Shown piece by piece: positions 1 through 10,591 of a stretch of DNA of 64,000 bases. This DNA is from Eledone cirrhosa (Eukaryota). The DNA lies in assembly GCA_964016885.1 (NCBI GenBank), contig OZ024744.1:65286001-65350000 (forward strand), read 5' to 3'. How positions within the stretch are numbered: position 1 is the stretch's first letter; each line of letters starts with the position of its first letter. The translations under genes and the position numbers were made by a program. The notes beneath the pieces were generated by a model that made no database searches, was not told where the DNA came from, and was given only the letters and a program-made list of their open reading frames with translations.

Positions 1-40
1 CCTGGTATCTTACCACACTTTCTTTTATATATATATATAT

Positions 41-745
41 ATATTTAATATAGAAATGGCTTCTACAGGACTAGAACTGTTTCATTCAGGAAGCCCTCTT
101 TTTTTTCAAACCACATTGGTCTCAGTCCAAGCCATCTCATTCACCCTTTTATAAATGGTCGTGATTGCACTTTTTGTCAGCTTCTGGTAAATCCACTTCG
201 CTTTTGGTATTATCGGAGAGGAAATGGAGATTGGGGGAACTTTTCATTTTCTACATTTCGTCTTTTAAGTAAGCTTGGAATGGTGTGTTGGCTCTATGAA
301 ATTTTATGTCCCTGATCAATTTAAAGAGGTCTTCCTCAAATGGTTTAAGTAGGCTGTTGGTGGGTGGTGCCTTATTTGTTTTGAATCCGAACTGCTCTTT
401 ATTGGTAGATGCTACATCAGGGTGGTTGAGGAAGAATGCTCTCTATCTAATACACTTAATGAACTCATCTGTACGTCTGATGAGTGTTTTTAAGTATTGT
501 TTCCTTGAGGGGGGGGGGGGGATCTTCTTCAAGGAGATATCAAGATCGAGTTTGATCAGCATGGTTTCTTGGTGATGGTTAAGAGGGACCCAGTAAGTGC
601 TAAAAGATATGTTTATCCTGGGTTCAATCAGAGGTAACCACAGTAAGTAAGGTACTCAATACATAGCAGAGTATGAATATTTAATATAGAAATGGCTTCT
701 ACAGGACTAGAACTATTTCATTCGGGAGAAATCATCAGGAAGCCC
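41..745 (-). mobile_element. Penelope-like element (PLE) fragment: N-terminal ORF remnant between two copies of a terminal repeat
   Basis: Direct repeat at 41-96 and 677-745. Minus-strand translation between them gives FGFKTNKAPPTNSLLKPFEEDLFKLIRDIKF, which resembles PLE ORF N-termini as I recall them. The repeat carries a hammerhead motif and is flanked by (TA)n. Confidence 0.7.
694..744 (-). ncRNA. Type I hammerhead ribozyme-like motif in PLE terminal repeat
   Basis: Minus strand: GGCTTC-CTGATGA-T[TTC TCCC GAA]T-GAAA-TAG ttctagtc CTG-TA-GAAGCC. Stem I GGCTTC/GAAGCC, GUA cleavage triplet. The base of stem II is a T.T mismatch. Confidence 0.65.
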
Positions 746-1239
746 ATATATATATATTCAAAATAGGGGGACACACAGGACAACGACAATGAAAAAAACA
801 TTGGAAAGACAGACAGTCCCATCTCCTCAGTCAACCTCTGGAAATCACTACAGTTTTGGTACATTAAGGTTGATACCATTCATTCCAGTACACATTGGTA
901 GAGACAAGTTATACCTTTAGGCAAATTACACAAATATAGAAGAAAAAGTATCCCAAGTGCGTCATCTGACAAAGAAGGAAAATACCAGTGCAATAGGGCT
1001 TAGCAAAAGGTAAATAAAAATATAGAAAGGAGAGAAATAGTAAAACAGAAGAGAATAATAACGACTGTAGTCCAACGTGCAGACAAAGAAGAATGATACT
1101 GAGGCATAGAAAAGGTAAGAAGAGAGGCTAGAGGAAGACAAACCAGGTGGTGAGATGTCTATTATATGATAGTTTTAAAAAAAAGCCCTCAAGACTAAGT
1201 TGTTAGAATATAAATTCAAAATAGGGAATACAGGCCTAA

Positions 1240-1429
1240 GTCGGGGGACAGTGACGAAGGCCTGTAGCCGGTTCCGAGGCCACCTTGAGGCCGTCATCAA
1301 AGCCAATGGCGAGTTTATCATGAAGACAAACTGACCTAAGTTTGATAAATATATCTTAAAAAATAAAACTACCGTGTTATTTTTTCCTAGACAGTAATCT
1401 TGCGAACAAATATCGTCCGCACCCTGTAT
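1240..1429 (+). mobile_element. Tc1/mariner-superfamily transposon 3' end
   Basis: Encodes ACSRFRGHLEAVIKANGEF, like a transposase C-terminus, and ends ...CACCCTG|TA. Confidence 0.55.
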
Positions 1430-1689
1430 ATACTCAAACATATAAATGTATGCATATGCACATACACACACACACACATATACATATATGCGTCAGCATA
1501 TGGAAAAAAATCTTGGTTTTAAAACAATCAAGAATTTGGAGGGATTTAGTAAAATAACTAACATTCATTATTAGTTGATGTTTTGGAACATAACATAACA
1601 AAGGTTCTTACATAAAATTTTGACGGAATGATTTTAGATAAATATAAACAACTGAAAATAAACAACTTTATGTCATAGTACCAAACAAT

Positions 1690-1840
1690 GAATTGGCAGA
1701 GTTGTTAGAACATCAGATAGAATGATTTGCAGTATTTGTTTCAGCTCTCTGCTCTCTGTGTTCAAATCACACTGAAGTTAACTTTGCCTTTCATCCTTTC
1801 ATGGTCAATAAAAAAAATACCAGTCAAGTACTGGAGTTGA
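1690..1840 (+). mobile_element. Degenerate Meta-type tRNA-SINE
   Basis: TTGGCAGA A-box-like, GTTCAAATC B-box, then aactttgcctttcatcctttcatggtcaataaaa...taccag. Confidence 0.6.
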
Positions 1841-1970
1841 TTCTTCCTCTATATCTCTTTCCTACTTCCTTTCTCTCACTCACTCTATCCGTCTCTGGAA
1901 GAAATCTACTGTATTCAGGTCTGGAGAGAAAATGAGCTCCACCAGGTTTAAAAAATGCCCTAGAAACACC

Positions 1971-2553
1971 ATATGTCAATATGGCACCCCTATGACTCCT
2001 CAGGAGTTACTGGTCCATACCATATATATATATATATATGTCAATATGGCCCCCCTACGACTCCTCAGGAGTTACTGGTCCATACCATATATATATATAT
2101 GTCAATATGGCCCCCCTATGACTCCTCAGGAGTTACTGGTCCATACCACATATATATATATATATATGTCAATATGGCCCCCCTATGACTCCTCAGGAGT
2201 TACTGGTCCATACCACATATATATATATATATGTCAATATGGCCCCCCTATGACTCCTCAGGAGTTACTGGTCCATACCATACCATATATATATATATAT
2301 ATGTCAATATGGCCCCCCTATGACTCCTCAGGAGTTACTGGTCCATACCATACCATATATATATATATATATATGTCAATATGGCCCCCCTACGACTCCT
2401 CAGGAGTTACTGGTCCATACCATATATATATATATATGTCAATATGGCCCCCCTACGACTCCTCAGGAGTTACTGGTCCATACCACATATATATATATAT
2501 GTCAATATGGCCCCCCTATGACTCCTCAGGAGTTACTGGTCCATACCATACCA
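1971..2553. repeat. Minisatellite: 9 copies of a 48-bp core separated by variable (TA)n
   Basis: Core GTCAATATGGCCCCCCTAYGACTCCTCAGGAGTTACTGGTCCATACCA starts at about 1975, 2040, 2101, 2168, 2233, 2303, 2375, 2438 and 2501. Confidence 0.95.
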
Positions 2554-2664
2554 TAGTTAAGTACCAAAAAGGTTAAAATAGGAGTAAGCAAAATCAGCAA
2601 GATTGCCAGGGACTACAAACACAGCAGGTTTCAAGTGTGAGTGCCCTTTTTTCATATATTTGCA

Positions 2665-3470
2665 CTAGTAGGCACCTCTTAACCACTATCCACCACTTCC
2701 ATACACCTCCCACGCGCCAGCACCCACCCACACAATTCTGTTCATACCAACCTCACACTGTAAACTTATTGTATTGGTATCACAACGAAAAGCATTCGGC
2801 CCTCAATGTAAAGTGGTTGTGTAGGTGTCACAACAAAGAGCACCCAGCCCACACTGTAAAGTGGTCGTGTAGGTGTCACAACAAAGAGCACCCAGCACAC
2901 ACTGTAAAGTGGTCATGAAGGTGTCACAACAAAAAACACCCAGCCCACACTGTAAAGTCGTTGTGTAGGTGTCACAACAAAAAAACACCCAGCCCACTCT
3001 GTAAAGTCGTTGTGTAGGTGTCACAACAAAAAAACACCCAGCCCACTCTGTAAAGTGGTCATGAAGGTGTCACAACAAAAAACACCCAGCCCACACTGTA
3101 AAGTGGTCGTGTAGGTGTCACAACAAAAAAACACCCAGCCCACTCTGTAAAGTCGTTGTGTAGGTGTCACAACAAAAAAACACCCAGCACACTCTGTAAA
3201 GTGGTCATGAAGGTGTCACAACAAAAAGCATGCTGTCCACACTGTAAAATGGTCTTGTAGGCATCAAGACAAAAAACACCCAGCACTCACTGTAAATGTG
3301 GTTGGCATTAGGAAGGGCATCCAGCCATAGAAACCAAGCCAGAAACAGTTCTGTATGAGCAAGATACGGTCACCTTACCCAATTTGCCTCAAACAGGATA
3401 AATCATCTAACCCATGCTAGTGTGGAAAATAGATGTTAAACGATGATTATGATGATGGTGATGATAATGA
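2665..3470 (+). mobile_element. RTE-type 3' UTR/tail with about 11 tandem 48-bp units and a (GAT)n tail
   Basis: Begins ctagtaggcacctctt like the RTE 3' UTRs at 43000 and 43990. Unit GTAAAGTGGTCGTGTAGGTGTCACAACAAAAAGCACCCAGCACACACT, then ...GGAAGGGCATCCAGCC...CCATGCTAG...TTAAACGATGAT. Confidence 0.85.
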
Positions 3471-3651
3471 TAAAGCATATATACATATTATTGGATGGCT
3501 GTTGACTCTTTTGAGTCCCTATGAACTTTGATGGTTTTTCACTCTTTAAAGTTTTCCAAGTCACCCTCTTCACAAAGTAAGTTTGCTGGCGTTGTTGGTT
3601 TGGTCACCATGCAACAGGTTTACTGGGTTACATGCTATATACATACATATG

Positions 3652-3960
3652 TGAAGGCACATGACTTAGTGGTTAGGGTGTTGGGCTTACAATTGAGAGG
3701 TTGTGAGTTCGATTCTCGAACTGAGTTATATGTTTTGTCCTTGAGCAAGACACTTTATTTCACATTGCTCTAGTTTACTCAGCTGTAGAAATGAGTTGCC
3801 TTTCCCTTGGACAACATCAGTGACATGGAGAGGAGAGACTGACATCCATGGGCGATTGTTGGTCTTTCACAAAAAAAAACCTTGCCCAGGCTTGTGCCTT
3901 GGATGGAAAATGTGTAGGTGAAAAACCCATGGCCATTAGTGACCGATGGGGGCCTTTAAC
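3652..3960 (+). mobile_element. tRNA-derived CORE-type SINE (octopus OR-like)
   Basis: TAGTGG A box, GAGTTCGATTC B box, then TGTCCTTGAGCAAGACACTT...CAGCTGTAGAAATGAG, resembling the MIR CORE domain. Confidence 0.7.
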
Positions 3961-4234
3961 ATACATATATAGAGAGAGAGTAGGATGACAGGAAGAAAGA
4001 TAGGGAAATGGAGAGAGAAGAGAAATTTCACTTAATAAGAAATACTAAAAAATTGAATGAATGGAGAATGGTAGAGAAAGTGATACCCCCCACCATAGCT
4101 AAAAATGAAAAATAAAAACAAATGAAAAAAAAAACAAAGAAAGGAAATGGAAAAGTGACTGAGGATATGGTAAAGAGAGAGGATGAGGGAGGAGAGAAAA
4201 AAAAAGAGAATTAGACTACTGGGTATGTAGCATA

Positions 4235-4830
4235 GCTACATGTGCATGTGTGTAAGTGTGTGTGTACGTGTGTGAATGAGTGTGTGTGTGTACGTGTATG
4301 AATGAGTGTGTGTACTTGTGTATGTGTGTGAATGAGTGTGTGTGTACGTGTGTGAATACGTGTGTGTGTGTGGTTGTGTGTGTAAGAAAATACAAATAGA
4401 TTGGTAGAGAGAGTTAGATTGAGGAGAGTGACAGAGAGAAAGATGGAGAGGAAAGTTAGATAGATAGATGGATGGACAGATGGATGGATAAATATATATA
4501 TATATACAGAGAGAGAGAGGGAGAGAGTGAGAGAAAGAGAGAGAAATAGAGAGAGGGTGAGAGAGAGAGAAAGAGAGAGAAAGAGGGAGGGAGTGAGAGA
4601 GAGAAATAGAGAGAGAGGGAGGGAGTGAGAGAGAGAGACAAACGGACAGTAAAGATGGGTGAATGACAATACAAAAGCTGTAGGTTTTTGTATACAAATG
4701 TTATGTAATTTCCAAATTGTAAGTGAATGTGCTTTCACTCATTCTTTTCTCATTCTGTGTGTGCATATGTATGTATATATGTATGTATGTATGTATATAT
4801 ATATATGTATGTATGTATATATGTATGTCA
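4235..4830. repeat. Compound (TG)n/(GA)n/(TATG)n microsatellite tract
   Basis: Directly visible; it explains the low-complexity ORFs here. Confidence 0.9.
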
Positions 4831-5365
4831 GGTCGCTCTCGAGTGCTACTGGTAACATGTAACCCAGTACAACCTGTCTCATGGTCGAGTCGTCTGCGAC
4901 TAAACCGGCAACCCCATTAGGCTAGCCTGGTGAGGAGGGTGATATTTGGACACCCTGTGGGATGACATACAAGACTCGGAGGAACTCAGCAGAGTCAACG
5001 GCCATCCAAACAGTATTTTTTTTGTTTTTTTTTCACCTGGGAGTGAAAGGCCGCCAGCTGTTGTCACAACACCTTTCTAGGAGGGGGAAACTCTGAAAAA
5101 AAACCTGTGGCTTTGGAAGCATCTGATGATGTTGACCAGTTCTCCTTTTCGGGTAGTGTTTTTGATGCTCAGAGAGTGGGATTGGTTGAGTGCAAGGCCT
5201 TTCCCCACTTTAAAAACCTTTAAAGCACAGGCATTGCTTGTTCAGGATATGTTACAGGTTCGTGTGGCTGGCCGTGGCCTAAAAGTGCACCAAACTCTAT
5301 AATCTGACAAGCAATTGCAATACTCTTAGCAGAGTTTTCAGCCATCATATATGTATGTATGTGTG
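4828..5365 (+). mobile_element. Non-autonomous bipartite RTE derivative (putative 5' UTR joined to 3' end)
   Basis: Its 3' end (tgacaagcaattgcaatactcttagca...gccatcat(atgt)n) matches the end of the RTE fragment at 6220-6270. Its body matches 59920-60240 and 60360-60570 on the minus strand. Confidence 0.6.
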
Positions 5366-5439
5366 TATGTGTGTCTGTCTGTCTGTATGTATGTAAAGTG
5401 TATGCCACATGTGTACTGTCACGATTGCTGTTTGCATAT

Positions 5440-6275
5440 GTTTTATGGGTCACCTACAAATGGCATATCAAAAGACTAGAATGATTCCTCTAGCAGTGTC
5501 TCAGAAAGATGCTTGGTATCAAGTAGCAGATGCATGTCAGTGATGTTGAGATCCTTGAGAGAAGTGAGTGTCGGAGCATTGAAAGTATCAAGTTCCAACG
5601 TCATTTGCAATGGACCGGACACCTCTGCAGGATGGAAGATGATCAAATCCCAAAACAACTTTTGTATGGCGAGCTTTGTAAAGGTAAAAGACCACATCAC
5701 AAGCCAAAGCTCCGATACAAAGATTGCATAAAGGGCTCATTAAAAAAAAGAGGTTTGATGGTGACTGACTGAGAGATAGAAGCTCTTGAAAGAGAAATGT
5801 GACGTGGAATGGTGAATGATGGGGTCCATAATTTTGTGAATAGACACATAGAGTGCAAGAAGATCAAATGGGATATGCATAAGCAATGCCCTGGTGTATC
5901 TCATGAAACTATCTGTGTCTCTATTGAATTGGTGTTCCCTGAGTGTGGAAAGGTGTGTTTGAGCAAATCTGGTCTCAAGAGCCACAGTTCAGCCATGTTC
6001 AGAGAGAACCAGTGAACTCTGATCTCTATAGTATTGCAAGATGTAATGAATGCAGCAAAGACTGTCGATCTGCAGCATGACTGAAGTGGCATGTGAAGGT
6101 TCACAGGCAACCTGATGCAAAACCTCAGGCCAAGGAGATCCATAGTTGTTGTCAATGTGTCAAGGAGTGCAAGTTTCTAGTAGGCTTGAAAATCATATCC
6201 GAGCGTTGCACATGTGAATTTGACAAGCAATTGCAATACTCTTAGCATGAATTTGCTGCCATCATGTATGTATGT
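5440..6275 (+). pseudogene. RTE (BovB-like) C-terminal fragment with C2H2-like fingers
   Basis: LQWTGHLCRMEDDQIPKQLLYGELCKGKRPHHKPKLRYKD and CGKVCLSKSGLKSH; frameshifted. Confidence 0.8.
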
Positions 6276-6504
6276 ATGAATGTATGTATGTTGTATGTAT
6301 ATATGTATGTATGTATGTTTGTTATATGTTATGTATGCATGTTTGTATGTATGTATGTATGTATGCAGGGAACGCTAAGTTGAATAATTGTCTAACTAGT
6401 TTCAATCCATATATATACATTCATCATCATCATCATTTAACATCCATTTTTCCATGCTTGCATGGGTTAGATGAGTTGTCCTATTGTGAGACAAGTCAGA
6501 TCAG

Positions 6505-6675
6505 GTGATTGTGGTGGTGGTGGTGGTGGTGGTGGTGATGGTGGTGATGGTGGTAGTGATGGTGGTGATGGTGGTCGTAGTAATGATGGTGATGGTGGTG
6601 ATGGTGGTGATGGTGGTGATGGTGGTGCTGGTGGTGATGGTGGTCGTTGTAATGATGGTGATGGTGGTGGTGAGG
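6505..6675. repeat. (GGT/GAT)n microsatellite
   Basis: Directly visible. Confidence 0.9.
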
Positions 6676-6949
6676 TTAATGTAGGTGTCCATGTTATATG
6701 TTTTGTGGCTTTAACTTTATTTTTCCTTCTGCCCTCATTTTTTTTATGATGAAGTCAGAGAGTTTCTGTTTTTTCTTTTTCTTTTCTCAAAGGTGGTGTG
6801 CCAATCCTCCCCCTCCCCCTTCCCCTCAGTACAATCCATATCCAACTGTTCCAAGTTGAGGTGGGAAGGGGCATTCTTTCAGGTGTATTGCTGCTGTTGT
6901 AGGCTCTGTTGTTTTTTATTATTACTGGCACACCTGTTATGACTGTCAC

Positions 6950-7002
6950 TGTTCCTGCTTCTGCTGCTGCTCCTGCTGCTGCTGCTCCTGCTGCTGCTGC
7001 TC

Positions 7003-7056
<54 letters not shown>

Positions 7057-7058
7057 CT
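6950..7058. repeat. (CTG)n microsatellite
   Basis: Directly visible. Confidence 0.9.
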
Positions 7059-7287
7059 ATTGGTTTGGCCATCTCTCGTGATTTTGGGTACAGAAAGTCT
7101 TGGCATCTTTGTTTCTTCTGTTTGTGCTTGCCAGTGATGGTGTTGTTTGCTACCATGGTTGAGGTGTTAGCAAGTAATGTGAGTTTGTTTGTTTGTTTGT
7201 TTTTTTTTTGGGGGGGGGGGGGTCTGGGATATTTTTGGTGGCTAGATGTGGGCAGGAGATTTACTATAATTGAATGATAATAACATA

Positions 7288-7455
7288 TCGTATTTCCCGA
7301 CGTCAAAGATTCTACTTTTTTCATAAAACAAGTCTCAAAAATCTACCATGCGTCCTGGAGGGCGAAAGTTGTTTATTATTTCTTTTCAAATTTTTGGTTG
7401 TCAAAATTAGGGTGCGTCCTCGAGGGCGAAGCGTCTTCGGCGCCGGGAAATAAGG
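7288..7455. mobile_element. pogo/Tigger-like MITE
   Basis: TA|TCGTATTTCCCGACGTCAAAGA ... TCTTCGGCGCCGGGAAATAAGG|TA: imperfect TIRs with a TA TSD. Confidence 0.65.
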
Positions 7456-7624
7456 TATATTTTTTTAGAAATAAAACCAATAGTAAAAATTCAAACTCGG
7501 AAACAAGATTTATGGGTGAAATAAATGATAGTGTGACTTAACCAGTTGAGAGTGAGCCAGAGGGAGAAAAGTTAATACTATGCATAGCAAATGTACTGTA
7601 TGTTCTATAAATGTGCTACCATTA

Positions 7625-7654
<30 letters not shown>

Positions 7655-7655
<1 letters not shown>

Positions 7656-10519
7656 GGGGGGATCATCAACAACAGATGGTGGGGGGCTCTCAAAAGAGAG
7701 ATTAGAGTAACTTCGATAGAGTTCAGCAAAGAACTAGAGTTAGAGAAAAATAGAAAGGAGGGGGAGCTGGTAGATAAGTTAGACGAGGCTATTTGTAGTG
7801 GCATTGCAACTGACGTGCTAGCGGCGAGAATGACATTAGACCATTTCTTCAATGCCAAACACGAAGGTTGCATTGTCAGAGCTAAGGCGCGTGCACTGAG
7901 AAACGAGGGAACTAAAGCTGTTCGATGGGCCCGCGTGGCGGAGGCGCAGCGTGGTAATAAAACCACAATTCGGTCTTTGGCGGACCGAGACAGACACGAG
8001 ATAAGCGATTCCAAGCGGATGTGTGAGGCCTTTCGCCAGCACTTTGCTCGGTTGTTCAGGGAGAGTGGCGAGTCAGAGAGAGTAGCGGATTTCAGTCCCT
8101 ACCTTGAGGGCTTGCCGCGCATCTCGACGGTCGACGCTGAGCGCTGCGAAAGGCCGACTTCAGCCGAAATTCAGGACGCCCTTGTCGGCTGCATGAGGCG
8201 CAAGTCACCCGGTTTGGATGGCCTGCCCTACGAGCTTTACGTAAATATGCCAGACTTGTTCTCCGAACTCCTCGAAGCACTCTACTGTAACTGGCAGCAG
8301 AATGGGAGTATTCCCAGTTCTGTGAGCGGGGAATTGGTGACGCTGATAAGGAAAGACGAGAACAAGAGGGATACATTAGACAACTTCAGGCCCATAACTC
8401 TGCTCAACACAGAGTTTAAGATTTTGGCCAAGGTGTTAGCAAAGAGATTGGCGCTTGTCGTCGAGGATTTGGTTGGGGAGGCGCAAACTTGCGCAATCCC
8501 AGCCAGGTCCATACACGACAATCTCCACCTCATGCGATACATCATAGAGAGGGTAGGGTGTAAACCTGGCTTCGGTGGGGCACTGATCAATTTAGATCAA
8601 TCGAAAGCATTCGATAGGGTCGACCATCGGTATCTGGAGTTTGTCCTCAAAGCAGCTGGCTTCGGCCCTGTCTTTAAAAGCTGGATCGTTGCAATGCACA
8701 GCGGCACACGCTCGGTGGTCAAGGTTAATGGCCACCTCTCGGAACCATTTCGGCTCTCCCGATCGGTCCGTCAAGGGTGCCCTCTCACTTCCCTTCTGTA
8801 TGTATTGACTCTCGAGCCTTTACTGCGGAAGCTGGAGCTGTTGCAGGGCATCCCGCTCGAACCGGGACGTGGAAAGGTGGTGTCGGCTTATGCGGACGAC
8901 ATCACCGTGATGGTGTCGAACACCTCAGAAATCGAGGTGGTCGGTACCTTATTGAAGGAATATGAAAGGTTGACAGGAGCCAAACTTAACCCGGAAAAGT
9001 CGGTGGGCTTGCAGCTCGGAACCTGGAGAGGCAAGCCCATGCCGTCCAACAGCGTCGTGGGGCGCTGGACGGACGGACCAGTAAAGTTGCTCGGGGTTTG
9101 GTTCGGACCAGACCTCCAGGTGGAAAAGAATTGGGACGAGGTAACGAGCAAAGTAGCCAGTCTCACCCAAAAATGGGCAGGGAGGAAGCTATCACTGAAA
9201 GGTCGCGCAGAGGTGGCGAATGCGTACATCACGTCCGTCATCTACTACCGCCTAACAGTCGTGCCTTGCCCCGTCCGCGCCTCGTCAAGTTGGAACGGCT
9301 CCTCTTCAAATTCTTGTGGAGGGACAAGTTCCGTTGGTGAGGCGGTCCATCTGCTGCCAGCACCCTCTACGCGGAGGGCTGGGCATGCCGTGGCTAATGA
9401 TGCGCAGACATGCGTTGAGGCTGTGACATCTCCAGATATTCTGCCTCAATGGTGAACAGGTGTGGTCGCCGTTTATCAGACGGGCCTTTCCGCAGCTCAT
9501 TTCTTTGACTGAGCTGCAGTCCTGGGTCAAGAAGAGACCGAGACTGGGTGACTGGCACCTGGAATGTTGCCAGGCACTCACTGCCCTCTACCAAGCGGGC
9601 AATGCGATCAGTGGAACTTCCACTCTCAAGTTCTATAGAGGATTAGTGGTGGGCAAGTGCGATGACGCACTCGGAGAAGCTTTGGGCCTCGACAAAGTCG
9701 AACTGACCAGTCTGTACCGGAGGACTTTTGAGCCGGGGACAATGGACAATTTCCAGAAATCCCTCGCTTGGCAGTGCTACTGGGGGGCACTGCCGGTTTG
9801 GGATAAACTCTACAGGCACGGAAGTGCTGTCAGACGGACCTGCCCAAGATGCGCACAGAACGACGAAACCGTTCTGTACGCACTTGTCCAATGTCCGTGC
9901 ATTACTAACTTGTGGAGTTATGTCGAACAGCTACTGTCGCGTGTGGAACGAATCCGGCTATCGGCCGAGTCCATAGTGAAGATCGAGCCGCCACCTTCCT
10001 TAGGTCAGGAAGAGCAGGACATTTTCCTCTGTCTGGTGGCAGTTGCGAAAGAGATTATATGGTGGACCAGGTTGAAAGGACTAAAGACAGACACTTTTCG
10101 CTTCGGCCAATCCCTCATCAACTTCTTCAAGTTTCACCTGGAAAGGAGGGTGAGGGTGGAGAGAGAAGTGCTGCCCCCCAGTACATTTGCTAAAAGGTGG
10201 GTGAATGTGGCGAGAATGGCTTGTGTGAATGGGCCTACTCTGACCATGCACCTATAGGCTGGCTAACTTGAGGAGAGGGGTGCTCTCCTGGTTGCCCTAG
10301 AAGCGCAGGGTGGTTCAGGATTGGTGGGGTACCCGAATCACCCCAGGGTCGTCCACCCCCTATCGGGGAATTTATTTTGTTATATTTATGCATAGTTTAT
10401 TTTATATTTTTATATTTTCATTGTTAAATTAGTCTTGCCATTGTGCACTTTTACTCGACCTTATTGTAAACTCCCACTGTCCCTGTCTTTGTATCGGCCC
10501 TTGTGGCTAATAAATGAAA

Positions 10520-10521
<2 letters not shown>
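7655..10521 (+). mobile_element. Tx1-like (L1 clade) LINE copy A, 5'-truncated, flanked by (ATT)n on both sides
   Basis: RT motifs KSPGLDGLP, FRPITLLNTEFKILAK, LDQSKAFDRV, VRQGCP, YADD; C-terminal CPRC..ET..C; 3' end GGCCCTTGTGGCTAATAAATGAAATC(ATT)n. Confidence 0.92.
7815..10257 (+). pseudogene. Tx1-like ORF2 (RT plus C-terminal zinc knuckle), frameshifted near 9275
   Basis: ORFs 7815-9455 and 9460-10257; the endonuclease domain is missing because of truncation. Confidence 0.9.
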
Positions 10522-10573
<52 letters not shown>

Positions 10574-10591
10574 TATTATTACTATTGTTAT

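Noticed and set aside
840-895. Fourth hammerhead on the minus strand
   Set aside because: Core too degenerate (CTGGAATGA...CAAAAC) to support.
1995-2015. Hammerhead in the minisatellite (CTGAGGAG on the minus strand)
   Set aside because: No downstream GAAA or stem II/III.
1971-2553. CRISPR array
   Set aside because: Spacers are only (TA)n with no unique sequence, there are no cas genes, and the context is eukaryotic.
1932-3024. Repetitive ORFs as real proteins
   Set aside because: They are translations of tandem repeats in several frames.
4828-4960. HDV-like or twister ribozyme at an RTE 5' end
   Set aside because: Hairpins and CTAA/GAGGG motifs are present, but I could not assemble P3/L3 or the twister pseudoknots by eye.
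6471-7324. Gly-, Ala- or Ser-rich host proteins
   Set aside because: Trinucleotide microsatellite ORFs with no recognisable domain or splice support.
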